NCBI GenBank assembly: GCA_963702845.1
Contig: OY969763.1
Coordinates: 3,968,001-4,032,000 of the forward strand
DNA length: 64,000 nucleotides
DNA from: an uncultured Verrucomicrobiae bacterium
Lineage (GTDB): Bacteria > Verrucomicrobiota > Verrucomicrobiia > Limisphaerales > Palsa-1400
Reading direction: 5' to 3'
A program made the position numbers and the translations under genes. Positions 60,405 through 64,000 of the stretch are shown here, in pieces. Position 1 is the first letter of the stretch. Each line of letters starts with the position of its first letter. The notes below the pieces were generated by a model, which saw only the letters and a list, made by a program, of their open reading frames with translations, was not told the DNA's origin and searched no databases.

Positions 60405-62969
60405 TTAGCCGAACAAATCCATCTGCGGCGGCGGGCCCAGCTTTTTCAACGCCTCTACCTCACGTCGCGGACGATGCTGCCGCACTTTGCCTTCTGGCGT
60501 GAGTTCGGAGTCTTCGAGATTACGTAAAATTTCTTTGGCGCGTTCGACCACCGTTTTTGGAACTCCCGCTAGTCTTGCCACTTGAATGCCGTAGCTTTTA
60601 TCAGTTGCGCCTTCCACAATTTTGCGCAGGAACACGATCTGATCATTCCATTCGCGCACGGCCACGTTGTAGTTCTTCACCCGCGGCAGTCGTCCGGCGA
60701 GTTCAACTAATTCGTGATAGTGCGTGGCAAAGAGGGTTTTGGCGCCGACAACGTTGTGCAGGTGTTCGACGATGGACCACGCCAGACTCAAGCCGTCGAA
60801 CGTGCTCGTGCCGCGACCAATTTCATCAAGGATGACGAGGCTGCGAGTCGTCGCGTTGTTGAGGATGTTCGCCGTTTCGCTCATCTCGACCATGAAGGTT
60901 GATTGGCCGCGCGCGAGATCGTCGCTCGCGCCAATGCGAGTGAAAATGCGATCGACCAGATCGATCCGCGCCGAACTGGCCGGAATGAACGAGCCCGTGT
61001 GTGCCAGCAACGCGAGCAGTGCGACCTGCCGGATGAACGTGCTTTTACCTGCCATGTTCGGGCCGGTGATGAGGACTAATTGCTGCGCGGCGTTGCTGAG
61101 ATCGGCGTCGTTCGGAACGAACCGTTCTTCGTTGAGAGACTGTTCCAGAACCGGATGCCGGCCTTCGCGAATTTCAATGACGCCCTCGTCGCGCATTTCC
61201 GGGCGGCAATAGCTGTAGAGGCGCGCGATCTCGGCGAAACCGGCGAGCACATCGAGTTGGGCGAGGGCGGCGGCGGTTTGCTGCAGGCGCGGGAGTTGTT
61301 CGAGCACCTGTTCGCGGACGCGTTGGAAGAGTTCGTACTCTAACTTTTCGCTGCGTTCTTCCGCGCCGAGGATTTTGCCTTCCATCTCTTTCAACTCCGG
61401 CGTGATGAAGCGCTCACCGTTGGCGATCGTTTGTTTGCGGATGTAATGCGCGGGGACTTTGTCGAGATTGGATTTGGTAACTTCGATGTAATAACCGAAT
61501 ACCGAATTAAACCGCACTTTCAGCGAAGTGATTCCTGTTCGTGTGATCTCGTCCTGTTGAAGTTTGGCGATCCAATCTTTACCGTCACGCGAACCTTGCG
61601 GAGTTCGTCGAGATTAGGATCGAAACCGTCGCGAATGATGCCGCCTTCTTTCAGCGCGAGCGGCGGTTCGTCGACGATGGCGCGGGAAATCAATTCAACG
61701 AGATCGGGGGCTTCGGCTAGTTCGTTCCCAAGTTGTTCGAGCAAGATTGGCGGACGGTTTCCGGCGGCGGTTGAGGGATGGGCAGTTCACGTAAAGTGCT
61801 CGGCTCGGAGGCGGCCACGGTCCGGAGAATCCGTTTCAGGTTGGGAATTTTTTCCAAGTGCAAGACGAAGTCCGTTTAGATCACGCCCGTTTCCGGAGCC
61901 GACGCTTAAGCGGCCAATCGTCCGTTCAAGATCGCGAACTTCGGCTAGCTCGACTGCGGAAATCGTCCAGGGAGTTGGATGTTTCGAGCCAGCGTTGTAC
62001 CGCGTCTTGTCGTTGGCGGATGGGTTCGACGGCAGCGAGGGGTTGGCTCAGCCAATCACGCAATCGCCTCGCGCCCATCGGCGTGACGGTCTTGTGCAGC
62101 GCGCCGAACAAGCACGATGTCCTCGGGGCGTCCGAATGGCGCGGCTCGAGAATTTCGAGGTTGCGCAGCGAAATTGAATCGAGGGCAAGAAAATCGCGCG
62201 ATTGATAAAACGACAGCCGGCTCAGCGCAGAAACGTCGCGACGCAGGTGCTGCGTCAAATAGTGCAATACGGCTCCGACCGCGCCGATGGCGGCGGTTTT
62301 GTCTTTGAGACCAAAGCCGTCCAGCGTCGAGACTTTAAAATGTTCGCGCACGGTGAAGATCGCGGTTTCGGGCGCGAACACCCAATCTTCGTAGGGATTG
62401 CAGATCGAGAAATTATTTTCGAGCAGTGGACCAAGCGATGTTGCGCCGGTCGGATAGACAACTTCTGCCGGGCGCAAGCGTTCGAGTTCGGTGCTTAACG
62501 CTGCGTCGCCATCCAATTCGGTCGTTTTGAACTCGCCGGTCGTCATATCGACGCAGGCCAATCCGTAGGTACTGCCAATCGGACACAATGCTGCGAGAAA
62601 ATTATTTCGTTCTGGAGCGAGGAGCCGTTCGTCGAAATGGGTTCCCGGACTGAGAATCTGAGTGACGTCGCGTTTAACGAGTTGGCCGGGTTTGGCTTCT
62701 TCCAACTGTTCGCAAATCGCCACTTTGCGACCGGCCTTGAGCAGGCGCGCGATGTAGCCGTTGGCGGCGTGGAACGGAATACCGCACATCGGGACGACGC
62801 CGCGTTTGGTCAGGGCAACGTTGAGGAGTTGCGAGCCCGTTTGAGCATCTTCGAAAAACATTTCGTAGAAATCGCCCAGCCGAAACAGGAGCAACGCTTC
62901 ACGCGGCAGTTCGCTTTTAATTCGGCGATACTGCGCCATCATTGGTGATAATTGAGCGTCGCTACCCAC
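60405..62969 (-). CDS. mutS: DNA mismatch repair protein MutS (frameshifted)
   Basis: [46 protein letters not shown]. Confidence 0.96.
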
Positions 62970-63120
62970 GCCGTAATTAAAAATTAACCCGGTGGAATTA
63001 AGAAGGAAAAACGGTGTTTAACGGCAAAGGGTGCAAACATAGCCAGCGAAGCGCCCAGAGTGACGCGACCAACCTCAATTCTTAATTGAGGTCTCGCCGT
63101 TCCCCCCTTACCTTCGGTCA

Positions 63121-64000
63121 ATGTCTGATAAGCTGATCAATCTACCTTCTGCCAGCGCCGGCAATGCTTCGCAAGCGCTTGCACCGACCGATTGTTTTGT
63201 CCGCCGTCATATTGGGCCTGACGCCAAAGAAACCGCGCAAATGTTGGCGGAACTTGGGTATTCTGACCTCGACTCGTTCATTGGAAACGTTGTTCCGCCG
63301 CAGATCCGATTGCACAAGCCCCTCAATATCCCGGGCGGTTGGAGTGAACACGCGGTGTTGCACGAGCTTCGGACAATCGCCTCGAAGAACCAGGTGTTCC
63401 GCAACTATATCGGCATGGGCTATTCAGATTGCATCACGCCACCGGTGATTTTGCGTAATGTCCTGGAAAATCCGGGTTGGTATACGCAATACACGCCGTA
63501 TCAGGCGGAGATCGCGCAAGGTCGTCTCGAAGCGCTGTTGAATTTTCAAACGATGATCACGGATTTGACCAGTCTGGACATTGCCAACGCCTCGTTGCTC
63601 GACGAAGCAACGGCGGCAGCGGAGTCGATGCACGTTTGCCAAAACGTAAAACCGGATCGGAATGTATTTTTCGTTTCGGAAAATTGCCATCCGCAAACGA
63701 TCGACGTGGTGAAGACTCGCGCCAAGGCGGTGAACGTGGAAGTTGTCGTTGGCAATCACGAGACGTTTCAAGTTACGGACAAAGTCTTCGGCGTGTTGGT
63801 GCAATATCCAGATACTTACGGCTCGATCTTCGATTACGAAAACTTCTTTGCAGCGGCGCATGCGGCCGGCGCGATGACGGTGGTTGCGGCGGATTTACTG
63901 GCGCTGACGGTTCTGCGCGCACCGGGTGAGTTCGGCGCGGACATTGCGGTCGGCAGTGCCCAACGGTTCGGCGTTCCCCTGGGTTATGGTGGTCCTCATG
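63121..64000 (+). CDS. gcvP: Glycine dehydrogenase (decarboxylating), N-terminal part
   Basis: Translated by eye: [45 protein letters not shown]; runs off the window. Confidence 0.95.
   Translation, partial: MSDKLINLPSASAGNASQALAPTDCFVRRHIGPDAKETAQMLAELGYSDLDSFIGNVVPPQIRLHKPLNIPGGWSEHAVLHELRTIASKNQVFRNYIGMGYSDCITPPVILRNVLENPGWYTQYTPYQAEIAQGRLEALLNFQTMITDLTSLDIANASLLDEATAAAESMHVCQNVKPDRNVFFVSENCHPQTIDVVKTRAKAVNVEVVVGNHETFQVTDKVFGVLVQYPDTYGSIFDYENFFAAAHAAGAMTVVAADLLALTVLRAPGEFGADIAVGSAQRFGVPLGYGGPH

Overview
Bacterial chromosomal window. Gene content (H-X9-DG prepilin-like proteins, DUF1501, sulfatase, Ig-rich secreted proteins) suggests Verrucomicrobiota, Pedosphaera-like (inference). It carries a split type II secretion system (gspE-L-M-D on the minus strand, gspF-H-I-J-K on the plus strand, no gspG seen) and a TonB/ExbB/ExbD/ExbD module. 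Other genes include nadB, panC, an IS481-family element, two tandem secreted metalloprotease-like paralogs, folK, suyAB, glcD, a deoxyhypusine-synthase-like gene, macAB, secA, mutS and gcvP. Many conserved genes are split by frameshifts, most simply explained as long-read indel errors. The most striking unexplained structure is a 3.7 kb island between the convergent folK and oxidoreductase genes (33.7-37.5 kb). Four related non-coding palindromic elements built from TGTCTC-N15-GAGACA units alternate there with three unrelated, co-oriented cargo genes, and the three long copies have an IHF-consensus core. This looks like a cassette array with no recombinase gene in view. A candidate structured, possibly pseudoknotted ncRNA lies at about 47.6-47.9 kb. 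All family assignments come from motif recognition by eye, not from database searches.
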